A DNA stretch of 64,000 nucleotides from Tubiluchus corallicola (lineage: Eukaryota; Animalia; Priapulida), in contig JAQGDQ010000289.1 of assembly GCA_030141605.1 (NCBI GenBank), forward strand, positions 124,001-188,000, read 5' to 3'. Below, piece by piece: positions 1 through 13,679 of this stretch. The position numbers and the translations under genes were made by a program. The notes beneath the pieces are model-generated. The model was not told where the DNA came from, did no database searches, and was given only the letters and a program-made list of their open reading frames with translations. Positions within the stretch are counted from its first letter, which is position 1. Every line of letters starts with the position of its first letter.

Positions 1-3000
1 ATCGAGTAACAGTGATGGATCCTTTTCTAACACCCACTCGCTGTTTTGACTATGCCTTAACTTTTTTAGAGCGGTGAGCCAGCGGGCATGATCTTCTGGC
101 TGAACAGCAACACGTTCAGCTACTGAACTCGAGTCCAATTCGTGTAGTTCAGCCAATGACGACACTCCAAGTGATCTGAGTCTGCAAGAACAAACGACAT
201 CCAGGTTATTCAATTCTAGAACCAATTATTAGTTGGCTAACTAACAAATTTATAAGTAAAAACGTCCAGTTAAGCTAGCTGAAAAGAACAGTTCAGCCCA
301 CTTCAACCTGGATTACAATAGTTTTGACTAGTTTTACTTGTACTCAACATCAATGTTGTGGCCGCAGTGAAGCCTGGCTGGATCTTTCGTTCTCAAGGTT
401 ACGTCGCTAAGATAAGCCACTATACCAACACAACCTGTCCCAGCCACATTTGGAAGTACATACATCGCCCGTCATGAGGTGAACAGGCAGACTCAGTATG
501 GCGAGTACAATCATCTAGATTGAGCTCGACCATTGATCAGCCTTGGGTTTACTTAACTTCGGTCACAAAGTACATACACATGACCACTCGGCTATTCAGT
601 GCAGGTAGTTTTTGCATGGGCTAGATGTCTGCACCTAGCCACCTAAATATTAGGTGGTTTTATAATGTCCACAAAATGAATGCAATTTTCTTTCTAATAA
701 TTAGTAAAAATTAAACTTTCTCCAAGGATCAATTTAGAAAGCCTTTACAAACAGTTGGCTGTAATATAGCACAGCTAATATAAATGCTAAACAACGCAAC
801 ACTGAAGCAATTACAACAAAACGACTTAAGTGAAATAATCCCAAAAGAAATGCTGCATCAGCATTATTTGACAATCAATTTAAACAGCCTTAGCATAGCT
901 AGGTTGATTAACCTAGTAAAGCTATGTACTTTTAATGTGTAAGTCAAAGCAGATATGCTAACTATACTTGTAGTTGAACTCAAACTCGGTATTCCATGTG
1001 AGTGAGTGTTATCAATTTAATAGCCTCAATCTCAAAAATTCAAGCACACAACTCATCACAACAGTATACCATCCAGGAGGTTAGGCCTACAATTTCAACA
1101 TACTATAACCTATCTTCACTTCATCATTCTTGAAATTACTCATTGAGCAAACCAACATTTGTGCAAAATTTTTTAGATATATGCAAAAATCGATAGTTAT
1201 TCTTTTCAGCTATTCCACAACTGCTCCTATAATGAATCCAAGTTCCTTGTTCTTCTAACAAAAGCACACCTCTATTTTTATGCCTGGTAAACTCATCATT
1301 CACTATATAAGAACAAGTATAGCTAGACAGCTAGAAATTTTTGTTTTCAGGTTTTCCTAGTCTTTGCTAGACAACATTTTGGTTCAAAAATTAATGTACC
1401 AAACTGAATATAGACTGCATTCTTGTTATAAAATAAACGACAAAATATGGGAGAGTTAGTGTTTACTAAATGAGATTGAATTCTTGTTATAAAATAAACG
1501 ACAAAATATGGGAAAGTTGGAATTTATTAAATGAGATTGAAAAACAATCTCAGACAGTTAAGAAATTCTGGCTTAATATACCTTTGGTGTCCAGCAAGCA
1601 AGTTGTTCTCCTTCAACCACTGCCTTAGCAGCAAGTCGTTTTGCAAGTTGCCTATGGCTGCTAACAGATGATGTTGCAGATCCTCTGACAATGAAGCCAG
1701 ATCAGAAGCAGTCACCTCCAGAAGATCCCATGTGTCTTTCACTCCTAAAAGCAGTACAGCATTGAAAGAGGTGGTGCGTGCATTAAGTGGGCGTTTAGCA
1801 GAACAAAATCTTAAGACTTGGAATTTAGTTTAATGAGTAAGACACTCCTGTTTTAGAATGAAAACAGAAACTAATCCAAAAAGGAAAAATGAGCAAATAC
1901 TAAGCCGCCTACTTCAATCGCCAATTAGTTTACAGAAGAAGTGATGATGAAACCAAGAAAATAGAATAGAAAAACACCACAACAAGTTCAGCAACGATAG
2001 TATAAGAAGCAGTAGAAAACAAAGAAAAAGCATTATTACTGTTTGTACAGTTTGCTAATGGGGCTAGCTCTATTTTGGATAACTCCACTATCAAAAAGTT
2101 CATACAGTATAGGATTTTTTTGACAACCCAGGATGAACATCCAATTGCTTATAGTGTTATGAGCTTCTGTTTCATTGATATGTATATCACTTGATATGTT
2201 GATGTATATTTATATATGTATAATGTACATATGATATATAATATGGTATATTCATGTGTATGTCACCTGCCCTCCATACATTGTTACAGGTTTCATGTTA
2301 TGTCAATCAGTTAAATACTGTAATGTCTCACAAAGCATCCAGATTGTACAGGTAATATTGTACAATTGTCTGGAATAATCTGTATGCTTCTATAATATTC
2401 TGAAATCGTCTGCAATCATACAAAATAAAGCTGTCTGCAGGGATTACATTACTAGTGTAGATTGACTGGCCAGCACCTGTAAAGTGTCTTTATTGTGTGA
2501 ATTTTGCGCTTTTGGTTTTCACGTGCATACATTTTATAACTGTCGCTGACATACTGTATTTATTCATTATTTGGTGAAAGTGATAATTACTATAATTACT
2601 GCTTGCAATGAGCTCTATTATCTTTAGCCGTTTAACGACCTTAGTGCTCTGCACAGAAATTAATTTCTACTGCTTTGTTGTAAGTTTATATAATAATTTC
2701 AATAATTGCTTTGTTAGTAATTAATTAGAAAACTATTTTGTTTATTGGTTTCATTCTCCAAAAGGGGTCTATTTTATTCTGGCCATGTGGTTTAACACGT
2801 GACAATACTTAAAATCCAAGTAGGCTATTCTGCATTCCAAGCAGTTATGCTTCTTGCTGGTCAAACTTCTATTTCTCAGAGTACATTTACTAGGTAATCT
2901 ACCAGAGTTTTAACATAGTTTTAACATTAATTTATAACCATTTACACATCAGTTGAATAAAACTGAAAGCAAAAAAAGTTTTGCTTTTCACTGCGAATTG

Positions 3001-6000
3001 ATATAAAGCCTCTAATACCCACTTACTACTAGATGTGTAGGTCTGTGCCATTTCTTTGACAAAATTACCAAGCATACTCTCACCAACTGCTTGTTAAGAT
3101 TCTGCTTCACAGCAGAATCTTCTTGATTACTTCCAGTTTTTACAGATTAATTTTTTTATTGTGCCTTTTCATTTCTTTATTAACTCAAAAGTGCACAAAG
3201 CTAGGGTCACGAAACTCACAGGACACACTCTTCAGTTAGGGGGATTTCTATTCACATGTGATCGTATCACCCATGTCAAAGGTTACACAGTGAGAGAGGT
3301 TGATTTTTTTAGGCTGGTCTCCTTATACAGTTTATAAGCTGATAGTTAATGGAAGGGGAAATAACTCAGTTAGTAAGAGTGCCAGAACTTCTGCATCTAA
3401 CTTTCAGGGTTCGAATCCCAGTTAAAAACTGGTTCGCACATTTTTTTTATTATCTGTGTATGGATCTGATATCCTTTTTCAATCCGCACGGTTTTGACAT
3501 TAAGAAAAATGCTTTTGCTGGGTTTTGCTAGTGTCTATAAAATTATATTAATCTGCATTTTCCTTAAAACGAAAGGTCTTCACGAGACAAACCGAGTAGT
3601 TTTCCTATTTTGGTACCTAGTAGTATACCAAATGTAGGGTCTCTATGAGAAGAATTGAATGATGTGCATTGATCTGTGTTTGGTTGATCCTTGACCCAGG
3701 TGTCACAGCGAAAAGTTACAAGTTGTGATTTCATTAAAAAGGTTAATATAAGAAACAACCATACTTATGTAGGCCTTACTATTTGTTAATTATTTTGAAA
3801 AACATATTTTATTTGTAACTACGAAATAAAAGCTGTTACCTAAAGCACATTCTGTCAAACAAGCAGAACCTTACCACAGAGTTTCAGAGCCCCCAGCGAG
3901 GTCAAGGGTCAACTAATCTGGTGGCATGGTAACAGTTAAGTGACTAGTGACAAGTTCCCGCTTTATTTGCACTATTAATGTAAGGCACACCCTGTTATTT
4001 ACATAAACATTGTTAATTATTTTGAATAACACTTTTTATTTGTAAATACAAAACAGCATATGATATAAAAGCATTTGCTGTCACAGAAGCTGAATCTTAC
4101 CACAGTTTTTGACAAGGTCAAAAACGTTCACTAATTTATTTTGTTATAACAGCAAAAATCTCTGTTACAAGTATTCTCATGTGTCACCAATTGATTTTAA
4201 CGCTGATTTAAGTGCAAATCCAACATAACATCACACAAAATTCAAAACAAAATTATAGGATTTTTTTACCAAAAGTTGCAGAGTTTTCCAGCAATCACCA
4301 CCTGACCGAAGAAATGGAAATATAAGTGACGGAATTTGACAAAGACAGCACCAAACTGTTTATTAGCCACATGTTAGAACATTAGAAAGTTTAATTTAAC
4401 AGGTAAAGCCACTTTTCCTTGATAATTTAATAAAAGCATAAAATATAGTAATACATGTAATTTCATTTCACCACTCCACGCAAGTTGTTACAAAGACTTA
4501 GTTAAAGCCACTGCAGAAAAACTGTGGTTATACGAAACACAGAGGCAACGAAAGCATTGCGACAGATGACAATGACACACAGCCAACCAAATCAATACGT
4601 GTGCAGGGAAATGCGTCCAGCAGTGATGTAAAATAAAATTAACCACTGAAAAATGTAAACAGCTGACACTCATAAAAAAGAGAATACTGGCTAGTGATTT
4701 GCAGTGGTGGTAAATTACTCTCTTTTTGATTTTGAAACATGATTTCTTAAGTGTCATATGCATTGTAAAATTGACAGTCAACGCATTAACAGCTAGACTT
4801 GTAAATGGAGAAATAATTCCTCTGTGAATCACATCATAAGCAAAGATGTGAGCTCTAATGCTCATACTAGTATTAATGCACACTGGCAAAAAAGCTGTGT
4901 GATCTAGAGAAGACAGTCACTGATTCTCTTCCAGAATAGCATTTCGACAGTGGTAGCACAAAATATAAGATAAAATTAGGCCAATTTGATTCCATTTATT
5001 GCTAAAAAGTGATTAGTGGTCATAGATTGACTGAATTTTTCTGGTAATCATTTGGCTCAGGTCTAAAACTTTATGAAAATCATTCATATTATTTATAGAT
5101 TAACAACTGATAATATTTTAAGTTATATTTTAATTATTTTCTGCTTTGTTCCTGAAGTTAGGCATGATCAAATTAGTTAAAGTCTGTGGAAATCTAAAAA
5201 GAGGTTCACAAACTATCAGAAAAGCCAAGTGCTTTGAAATATTTTAACTTCGTTTAGGGAACAATAGATAAAAAGTATGGATCATGCTATGGAGCTTTGA
5301 TATTTTTTATTGATTATTGTTCACAACAGACATTTTTCTCTTCTATTAAACGTTGCCAGTACCTCCTAAAGCACAACTTTCTATTCATGAAGGACAAAAC
5401 CAGACTGGCTAGCAACTGTAGACTGACTGTTGGTTGTTGTTGAAGACAAGTTTATAATGATGAATAGTCACGGATTAATCATTCTGAAAAAATGTTGGTA
5501 CACAGCCAGACTGCTGTTCTTCCACGAATCCAAGGAGTTTTTGGCATGCCAAAAATCACATAGGATTGCAAATTTTTTTGGAACTGCATGCTAACAAGTT
5601 GGGCGTTTTAACTGCTTTTGGACAATTTTTTAGCATTAACGCTTCTTATTACTGTTTGATTACTTACTGCAAACAGATTAGAATTTTTTGTCTCTGACCT
5701 AATCAGTTTTTTGCTCTATCAAAACTATTACTAAGAAAGTAAGAAATTAACCATCACTGATAAAATGACAAGATAGACTATACATTGTACAATATTGTAT
5801 TACAAATTATTTAGTGATATACAAAACTAAATTTATTTTGGGTGTTTTGGTGGTGAAAGAGTAGCAAAAGCCATCCTGAAATACAAAGGTCCATTATCGA
5901 AGCGTAGCACAATAGGTTATCGATTACTGCCTATGCAATATGCGTTAATCGTTATAATAATGCTAGTGCATTTATTGAATAATGATTACTGAACAAAGAT

Positions 6001-7519
6001 CAATAAGAATGTTTGTCTCTAATGAACTCAAATTTTTTTCTTGATTTACACACACTGTTACCTGCAAAGATGCATGCCGACTTAATAACATAGTGTCCAC
6101 TTAATAAAACAACGGATAATAAAACCAGCCCCATTTTAGAACCTTTTAGGCATTACGGAATTACCCCCATGCATTGTTAAGAAAATTTCGTTAATAAAAC
6201 CAGTGCACCATTTAACAAGACCACATTTTCCAGTAATAGGCAACAAAAGCAATAGCAAAATCAACAAATAAAATGTATTTGCAGTAGTTTGCCTGTTTTT
6301 TAAGATAAGCGGTTGAAATTTAAGTCCTGCTTCCTTGATTAAACCCTCTTTTTAGCCAAAGTTACATTGGATTTTAAAGTTAAAGTCAAAGTCGACTGCT
6401 TCTTCATAACCGAATTCTATGTATAGCTGCTTAAATACATTTTAGTCTGTTAAATGAACTTGAATCAATGTTGCACACTTGAGTCATTCTATTATCATGT
6501 GAGTGAGCTGACTGCCCCATATTTTGTTATCATAATTATGGTATTAATTAGGATGAAGCATTTATTCCTTTGAGAATGCACACTCAAGATTGCAAAAGGC
6601 TGTCGCATACAAAAACTGCCATGTATATATTAAGACCAATTATTGTTGGCCCTGTGGTGGTTTTATTAAGCAGCGACAACTGTACAAGTTTTAAGATCAG
6701 TAAACTAGTAAAGGAATTAATAAAGTGGATGCTGAAAAAATGTATGAGACGACTACGAGCGGACACCAGTTGCAACTGATTGAGAAAAAATAAAGTTTAG
6801 AATTCTTTAGCCGTAAGATAAATTATCCATGGAATGAAACACCTCCAGGGTTTAGGAAGCAGTTACATTTACTCAAGTTATTAAGTACATAAATTACATT
6901 GGGGAACGGAACCTTGATTGGATTCAGGAGAAACAAGTACGCAGACTAAATTTTCTTTTACAGTGTGATACTAGTTCCTTAGCTACTACATCTGAATGCA
7001 GCATAATCCCTGTAGATATGTTTTTGCTCAGATGTATAAAACTATCGTTTATCTTTTATTGTGTTTATATACAACACAACAAAGATCGAATATTTTAATA
7101 ACTTCATTATGGAACCCAATTTTGGGTTCTTTGCACGTGAAGCTACCAAAAATAAAGCCACACTGTAAGCAAAGAACGGTAGAGTAGTTGTGAAGCTGAG
7201 TAACTTTTACTTTTAGTGCATCGCCACCAAAAAACTATTAACAATAATTATAACATATCATACCTTTTTCAGACAAGATTTTTACTGCAAAGGCTGAGCT
7301 AACTACTCCTTTTTCTTGGAGTGATGTAGTAACAAAGTCATGCCAATCGCCTATATATGGCAATGAGTTTTCAGCACTTAGGGCAATTTTCGGTGATGGC
7401 AATATTCCCCATAAGCAATAAATAACTGTGCCTAACACACCAGCAAACACAATGGGCAGAAGTATACTAAACCAAATCGCTGCAAGTGCCAGACATAAAA
7501 ATGTATCTGCTGGTTTCAT
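1..7519 (-). CDS. 5' part of a gene encoding an N-terminally membrane-anchored protein with SAM-like helical repeats, probably invertebrate-type AREL1 (HECT E3 ligase); runs off the window
   Basis: Exons 7519-7264, 1744-1582 and 181-<1 have GT/AG sites and matching phases (1, 2). They join into MKPADTFLCLALAAIWFSILLPIVFAGVLGTVIYCLWG...EKG|VKDTWDLL...LQNDLLLRQWLKENNLLAGHQR|LRSLGVSSLAELHELD...RWLTALKKL. The LLLRQWL...RL...V.SL segment resembles what I recall of insect AREL1 N-termini. The HECT domain is not in the window. The gene structure is solid; the name is tentative. Confidence 0.55.
1420..1541. repeat. Tandem duplication, 2 x ~61 bp
   Basis: ttcttgttataaaataaacgacaaaatatggga...taaatgagattgaa occurs twice head to tail. 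Confidence 0.9.
3355..3425 (+). pseudogene. tRNA-derived fragment (SINE head or tRNA pseudogene)
   Basis: A-box-like taactcagttagtaagag at 3362 and B-box ggttcgaatccc at 3408-3419 with tRNA-like spacing; no intact acceptor stem. Confidence 0.55.
3782..4120. repeat. Diverged local duplication, period ~230 bp
   Basis: ttgttaattattttgaa...ttttatttgtaa...cttaccacag...ggtcaa is seen from ~3783 and again from ~4010. Confidence 0.6.
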
Positions 7520-7599
7520 ACTTCATGAATTATAAGCTGCTTCACTTCACAAATGTTTTTATAAAGGTAAAATTAGTATCATTAGTATGCCGCATTTTC

Positions 7600-7810
7600 A
7601 CTAAACAGTTTTTTCACAGAAGCTGCCATCTTTAGCTTGGGTATTGTGGGATATAAACAAACGCACGTGGTGCAAATTTTTCCACGGTAATTTGCTTTGA
7701 TTGCTTATTGTTTTTGTTATCGTTGTAGTGTTTTTTCCAAATGTGCTTAAAAATAATTAATTTTGTTCCAGAGTTCCGCCAAATTTACGAACGTGACATT
7801 TCAAGGTATA
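7600..7810. promoter_or_regulatory. Candidate promoter of the AREL1-like gene
   Basis: Lies just upstream of the ATG at 7519; carries a YY1-like gccatctt at ~7625 and CACGTG at ~7665. Confidence 0.3.
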
Positions 7811-9059
7811 TTTCGTGAAAAATGCTTTAGAAAGAACTAAATCTGCGTGTATTAGTCTGACCTCTGATTTTCAACCTGACTGTGTATCTTCTCTTGAAGA
7901 ACGCCGTGATACTATAGATCTTATTAACTGTTATAAAGTCATTAGCGCTAGTTCTATTTTTGCGTAGCAACAAATTTTCTTCTAGACCACTACGTGATTT
8001 ACGTGGACACAATTCTAAATTATTTGTACAATTCAATTTATTGCTCAAATACATAAATATAATGTACATTGGCAAAACACAATACAGTACATACATGTCA
8101 AATAGTGTATACATATGAAGTTAATACATAAAAGCTTTGTGCAAAAGCTTATTTTCAGTGTTAGTAATAACAATAATTAACATTTAATTATTAATATAAT
8201 TAACATTTAATTATTAATATAATTAATACAATACTCTCGCACTAATATCAGAGCTAATTTCTTCTCTTTTCGTGTTGTAGGCCCTTGGAATTCATTTAAT
8301 AGTGAAACAGTAGATGCATCAAATCTGCCGCAATTTTGGAAATTGTTGAGGAGAGACTGTCAATAACCGTGTTATGGTTAGGTCTCTTAGATTTCGCAAG
8401 CAAGCAACCAAGGTGCTTCAGCAATCTTCTCTTAGTGCTCATTTCATGTTTGGTGACTTTGGTCAATAATCTGTAATTCATACAGCTATGTACAGTATGT
8501 CACTAATAATGTCAACTGCTGGTGGTTGACTGGTTGTAAAGTCAGACAAAATTTACTGTAAGAGCTCTTTGTATATGGTGGACCTAAGGTACAAGGACGA
8601 TAATATCCTAATAAATCTATTGAATTGAACTGAAATATTGAAACTTTTGTAAAATACACACATAAAACGTCCTTAAAATATAAACGCAATTTATAGTCAT
8701 TCTTATGACCTTTCGAATTAATCTGCCCGTGATATGTTTGAAAATTATAAGATAATGCAGTCAGAATGAGTGTCCATTGCCAAGACTGATGTCAAACGTC
8801 TACGTGTATGTACTCGTAAATGTCGCAGAGTTAGCTATCTAGATCTTATAAAAAACTTATTCTTTTCTGCCAAATCTTTTGATAGTATCACTGTGCAGCT
8901 TATCTTCCTTCAGCCACATGATATCCTTGCTATCATATCTTTTTTACATATTTTAAACTTTCAAAGCTTTAGCGATATTTTACTCCATTTCTTTTAATTT
9001 GTTTCTATTCTGTAATCTCATTAACTGATTTTTCTTACACTTTTGATGATACCTATAAA

Positions 9060-12000
9060 CAACCTATGTCCAAATCTATTTGACATAACCAGCAGGTGTT
9101 GAATTACGGTGGAATTATTCACCAAAAATGTACTTACTTTTCTTTAAAAGATAAACTGGTAGCTGCTGGTGATGTTTGGTTTTACCATGTCTGCTTGCAA
9201 AACTTATTATAGACAATAGTGAATTTGAATATGCTGTCAGACCTTCAGTAAATTACTCTATTCTGGAAGATTCTGAATATAATTTTGATATTTTTTTGAA
9301 CATCAGTTTGGGGATAATTTTAATAATTTAGATGAAGTTGATCTGTGGCTTACAATTCTTTAATAATTCTAACCAGTTACCAAAATGCAAATATTACGAC
9401 ATTCAACAGTTCTTGTCAATGTATTCAAATATACATTATAATAATAGTTTCTCGATGAATCATTTAAATATTCATAGTTTGGCTGCAAACTATGATCATT
9501 TTACGACACTCCTACATTTGTTGAAAGTTAACTTTTCTGTCATAGCTTTATCTGAGACATGGCTTCATTCTAATTCCTCTGATTTTTCCGTTACAGTTTT
9601 GTTAGTAATAGTCGAGAATATAAAAAAGAAGGTGGTATAGGTTTATACATCAGTAATGATATTAAGTATTCAGTAAGAAATGATATCAGCATCACTAATG
9701 AGATCTTAGAAACAATTGTCATTGAAGTACATGTTAGCAAGCTACAAATGTAATAGTGGGTTCTGTCTACAGACCACCTTGTGAAGATCGACAATGTTTC
9801 ATTGAGCAGTTATCTAATTTATTGTCTACTGTAACCCGTCATAAGAAACAAATTTCTATTCTTAGTGACCTCAATATAAATTTGTTAACCTTCTCAACCC
9901 ATGAAGCTACATCTGATTTTTTAAGTGCCATGATCTCTAATAGCACGTTTTCTGTAATTACCTTATCTACACATGCAACGCCTAATGGTTCAACATTGAT
10001 AGGCAATATTTTTACCAATGTAATTGAACATAAATTCAAATCTAGAAATTTACTTTTTGACATTACTGATTACTTACCCATTTTTCTGATAATTGATTTA
10101 AATGTAACTATATCTCATTTCTTCAAATATAATGCTTTTTTATTTGAACGCTTTTAATGACCGTATTAAATGCCAATTGGCTTCTGACTTGGATAATATT
10201 GACTGGAATGAAGTGTCGTAATAGGTTAAATAACATAATAAAATTTTCTAAATCAAATCATTATCAAAAAATAGAACATATTAAATCTAACTTGAAGAAA
10301 ATATGGATTATTATTATTAAAGAAATAATCAGTCAAATAGAAAATCAAGTTCATATGCTTTCAAAAGTTATGACTAGTTAATAACTGATAATAAGTCTGT
10401 CGCTTGTGCTTTCAACAAAAGTTTCTTGCAGATCGGTAAAAAATTAGTTGAAGAAATTCCAAATACTGGACTTTAACCCTAAAATTTATTTTATGGATAA
10501 TTATCAATCTACTCCTTTCGTCAGTCCTGTTACAGTAAATGAAATAAAATCTACTTGTAAATATTTTAAACTTAATAAAGGGGCAGGTATTGATAATGTT
10601 CTCCCCAAAGTCGTAATTGATTTATTTGATCAGTTAGCTGCTCCTTTAACACATATAATTAATTGCTCATTGACAACAGGAATAATACCTTATCAACTCA
10701 AAAAATCAGTAACTACTCCTTTGTTTAAGGCTAAAGACTCCTTGGATATTAATAAGTATCGACCTATATCATTATTACCTTTTTTGTAAAATATTAGCAA
10801 AAATTGTTTATAAAGGATTGATAGATTACTTGATTATACATAATGTACTTTATAATCATTATTATGGCTTTAGAAAGGGTAGTTCTACACAGTTAGTCCT
10901 GATTAATATAATAAACAACATAGTTAATTCATTAGAACAAAACACTGTTGCCATTGGCATTTTTTGCGACTTCTCAAAGACCTTTGATACAGTTAATCAT
11001 GATGTAATGTTAGATAGGTTATTTTACTATGGCATTAGAGGGGCCGCATACCTATGGTTTACTGATTACCTCAAGAGCCGAACTCAAGTAGTCAGGTGTA
11101 ACAGTGTCCTTTCCAATGAAGCAATAGCCACACATAGAGTACTCCAGGGGTCCATTTTGGGACGCCTGCTGTTTTTTAATATATATATATATATATTATT
11201 GACCTGCAAAACTGTATTACTGACAACGGAAAGGTCTTCCAATTTGCTGATGACACAAGTATTTTCTTTAAGATCAATAGTGAGTTACTGGACTAATGTC
11301 ATTAATAATGAACTCAGTAAAATTTCAGCATGGTTTAAGATCAATAAATGAGCATTAAATCCAACTAAAACTAAATACATTTTATTCAGAGCTCATAACA
11401 GACGCATAAATATAAATGGTATTATAAAAATTGGTGGTGGTGCTGTAGAACAAGTAAATAAAATGAAGTTCTTAGGTGTTACTTTAAATAAACATTTAGA
11501 TTGGAAACCACACTTGAATATGGTTCATCCAGAAATTGCTAAAAACATTTAGTTAATCAGTTGAGTTAAACATTGTTTTGCCAAAGAACATCTTATCACA
11601 CTTTATAATTGTCTAGTACTGCCATACTTAACCAGCTGTAATATACTTTGCAGACACACCTACTCTTCATCTCTACTTAAATTAAACTTTCTATAACTTA
11701 AGTTCATAAGATTTATAGGTGATTTGAACAAACCTGCCCACGTTGGTCTTAATCTTTTCAAGAACTATTCTATCAAAGTACTAAATGATCTAATGAATTT
11801 GAATTTCCCCTATTTACATGTACAAAGCAGAACAATTCCCGTTTTCTTTTTATATTCAACAAGCTCTAACGAATTTCTTATTAAGTATTGCAGGACTGAT
11901 ACGGCAAGACACTTCATCACTAACACTGGCCCTAGACTTTGGAATAACATCAATGAATACATAAAAAAAAATATTATCTATAAATAACTTCAAAAGAAAT

Positions 12001-12365
12001 TTTCAATGTGAAATCTTCTCTATTTATATTGAATAAATCAATTGGACTAATTACGCTGCTAGCTCTGTCGGATTCCATCACGTTGCTGGCTATATCGATT
12101 TCTATAGTTCGCATTACTTCATATAGTTACCATTGCATCTTTCTCTATATTCTCCTTCGGCTTTTCTTTTCTACTTCCTTACACTCTGTTTTACTCTTCT
12201 CAATCCATATTCATTTGGGGTGCTCTCAACAAGTAATTACTTCATGAGTATCCCACGTGTCATTTAAGCTTGGCATCTTCGGTACATAATAAATATCTTA
12301 TTAAATTCTTTGGAAGCTGCTATGCTGTAATGATTGTTGTGGATGTATTTAATAAATAAATGAAA
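9060..12365 (+). mobile_element. Degenerate CR1/L2-group non-LTR retrotransposon (APE endonuclease + reverse transcriptase) with stops and frameshifts
   Basis: Motifs in the expected order: HLNIHSL, IALSETWL, GSVYRPP, SDLNINL, TLIGNIFTN, ITDYLPI (endonuclease); YRPISLLP, YGFRKGSST, DFSKTFDTVNH, QGSILG, FADDT at 11243-11257, KFLGV, GPRLWNNI (RT and C-terminus). AATAA-type tail near 12350-12368. Confidence 0.9.
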
Positions 12366-12619
12366 TAATTAATGAAATTATTGGCAATACCAGTAGCGAA
12401 ATGTACATTTGGGGGGTCCTGCTGCAAAATAATCCAGTGGGCCCCTTCATTGAAAGGTAAAACTTTTTGGTAGTTCTATCTGATGCACTACAATTTTTAA
12501 AATCAGTTATCAAACTGTCACAACTTGCCTTTAATTTCTTTTCTTTGCCAGTTTCGTGTTGGCTTTTTTTATTATTATTATAATGTTAATTTTTAATATG
12601 CTAAACGTTTTAATACATT

Positions 12620-12780
12620 ACTGGGTTAAAAAATCACTAAAATACCAGGGTGTAAAACTCTGGAACTCATTACCGTCTCATATCACTAACTCTTGTACCC
12701 TCAGTATATTAGCCAAAAGATATAAAAGAAAATTATTGTCAGCTTATGCCATCAATCAAATGTTAAGCAAATCAATTTTA
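12620..12780 (+). mobile_element. 3' fragment of a second CR1/L2-type LINE
   Basis: KYQGVKLWNSLPSHITNSCTLSILAKRYKRKLL matches the typical ORF2 C-terminus (G.KLWNSLP). Confidence 0.65.
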
Positions 12781-13247
12781 TTTTGACTTGTTTCATTTCA
12801 TTTCGTAGATTTTGTTATGCTTTCTTTATTAGCCAGACTTGTCGTTCTGTGCGTGCCAAATGTTCTACATTTTTAATATAGTCTTGAGTTAGTTTGAGTT
12901 GTTTTTAATTTCTTCACTTGACAGATTTTAATTTTGTTTCCAAGATTATTTGCTTACTGCCCAAACTGAAAATACTACACATACATTGAGTGGAATTATA
13001 ATTTATCATTGTCAAGTGTCCTGCATTTTTTTATTTAGTCTTTATTTATTTTGAGTTATCTCATTGATAGACCTTTTGATTTTCGTTTGTTTTTGCTTTG
13101 TCATTGTACATATTGCACAAATTTGAGTTTTATGCAAATATTTACTTTCATAATTACCATTTTCATATACAACATGCTGCTTCTCAAATGTCATGTTGTT
13201 TTATTATTATTATGTTATATCATTTAGTTTTGTTTTTGCTTTACTTA

Positions 13248-13679
13248 CCGTATTTTCCCATGTATAAGAGACCCTTGTGTATAAGAGACCCCTTCAATTT
13301 TTAGGCAAAAATTCTGGAAAAAAGTTTTTTGGTAATGAATAACTTTATTCATCATAGAAATCATTAAATTCCTCATCACTCTCATCAAAAATATCAACTG
13401 GAGTCAGACCTTCAGCAATTCCAGCCAGTTCATCATCAGAGGAGTCACTCTGCTCAAAAATGGCATTGTCCTCTGTGCCGTTCATGGCATTGGAGATGCC
13501 ACACTTCTTGATAGATTTAATAATGACCTCTGGCTTTACACCATTCCATGCCTTGAGGACCCAGCTGCAGACTTCTCCAAGGGTTGGCTTACTCCCATGT
13601 AGAGAGAGCTAAGAGACCCCCTATTTTTATAGTGAAAATTCTGAGCAAAAAAGGGTCTCTTATACATGGGAAAATACAG
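13248..13679 (-). mobile_element. Internally deleted pogo/Tigger DNA transposon, 432 bp
   Basis: TIRs ccgtattttcccatgtataagagaccc / gggtctcttatacatgggaaaatacag with TA on both sides (13246-47, 13680-81). Minus strand ~13590-13345 reads KPTLGEVCSWVLKAWNGVKPEVIIKSIKKCGISNAMNGTEDNAIF followed by an acidic tail and stop, the pogo transposase C-terminus. Confidence 0.9.

Noticed and set aside
360-605. Minus-strand A-box-like tagccgagtgg heading a GC-richer block
   Set aside because: Possibly a SINE, but there is no clear B-box and no second copy in the window.
3355-3425. Functional tRNA gene
   Set aside because: A and B boxes are present but the cloverleaf stems do not pair.
4488-4889. 133-aa minus-strand ORF in the AREL1-like intron
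   Set aside because: Non-ATG start, no domain, and the flanking exons already join in phase without it.
6085-7010. Possible decayed Tigger/pogo remnant
   Set aside because: Only faint motif resemblance; no matched TIR pair found.
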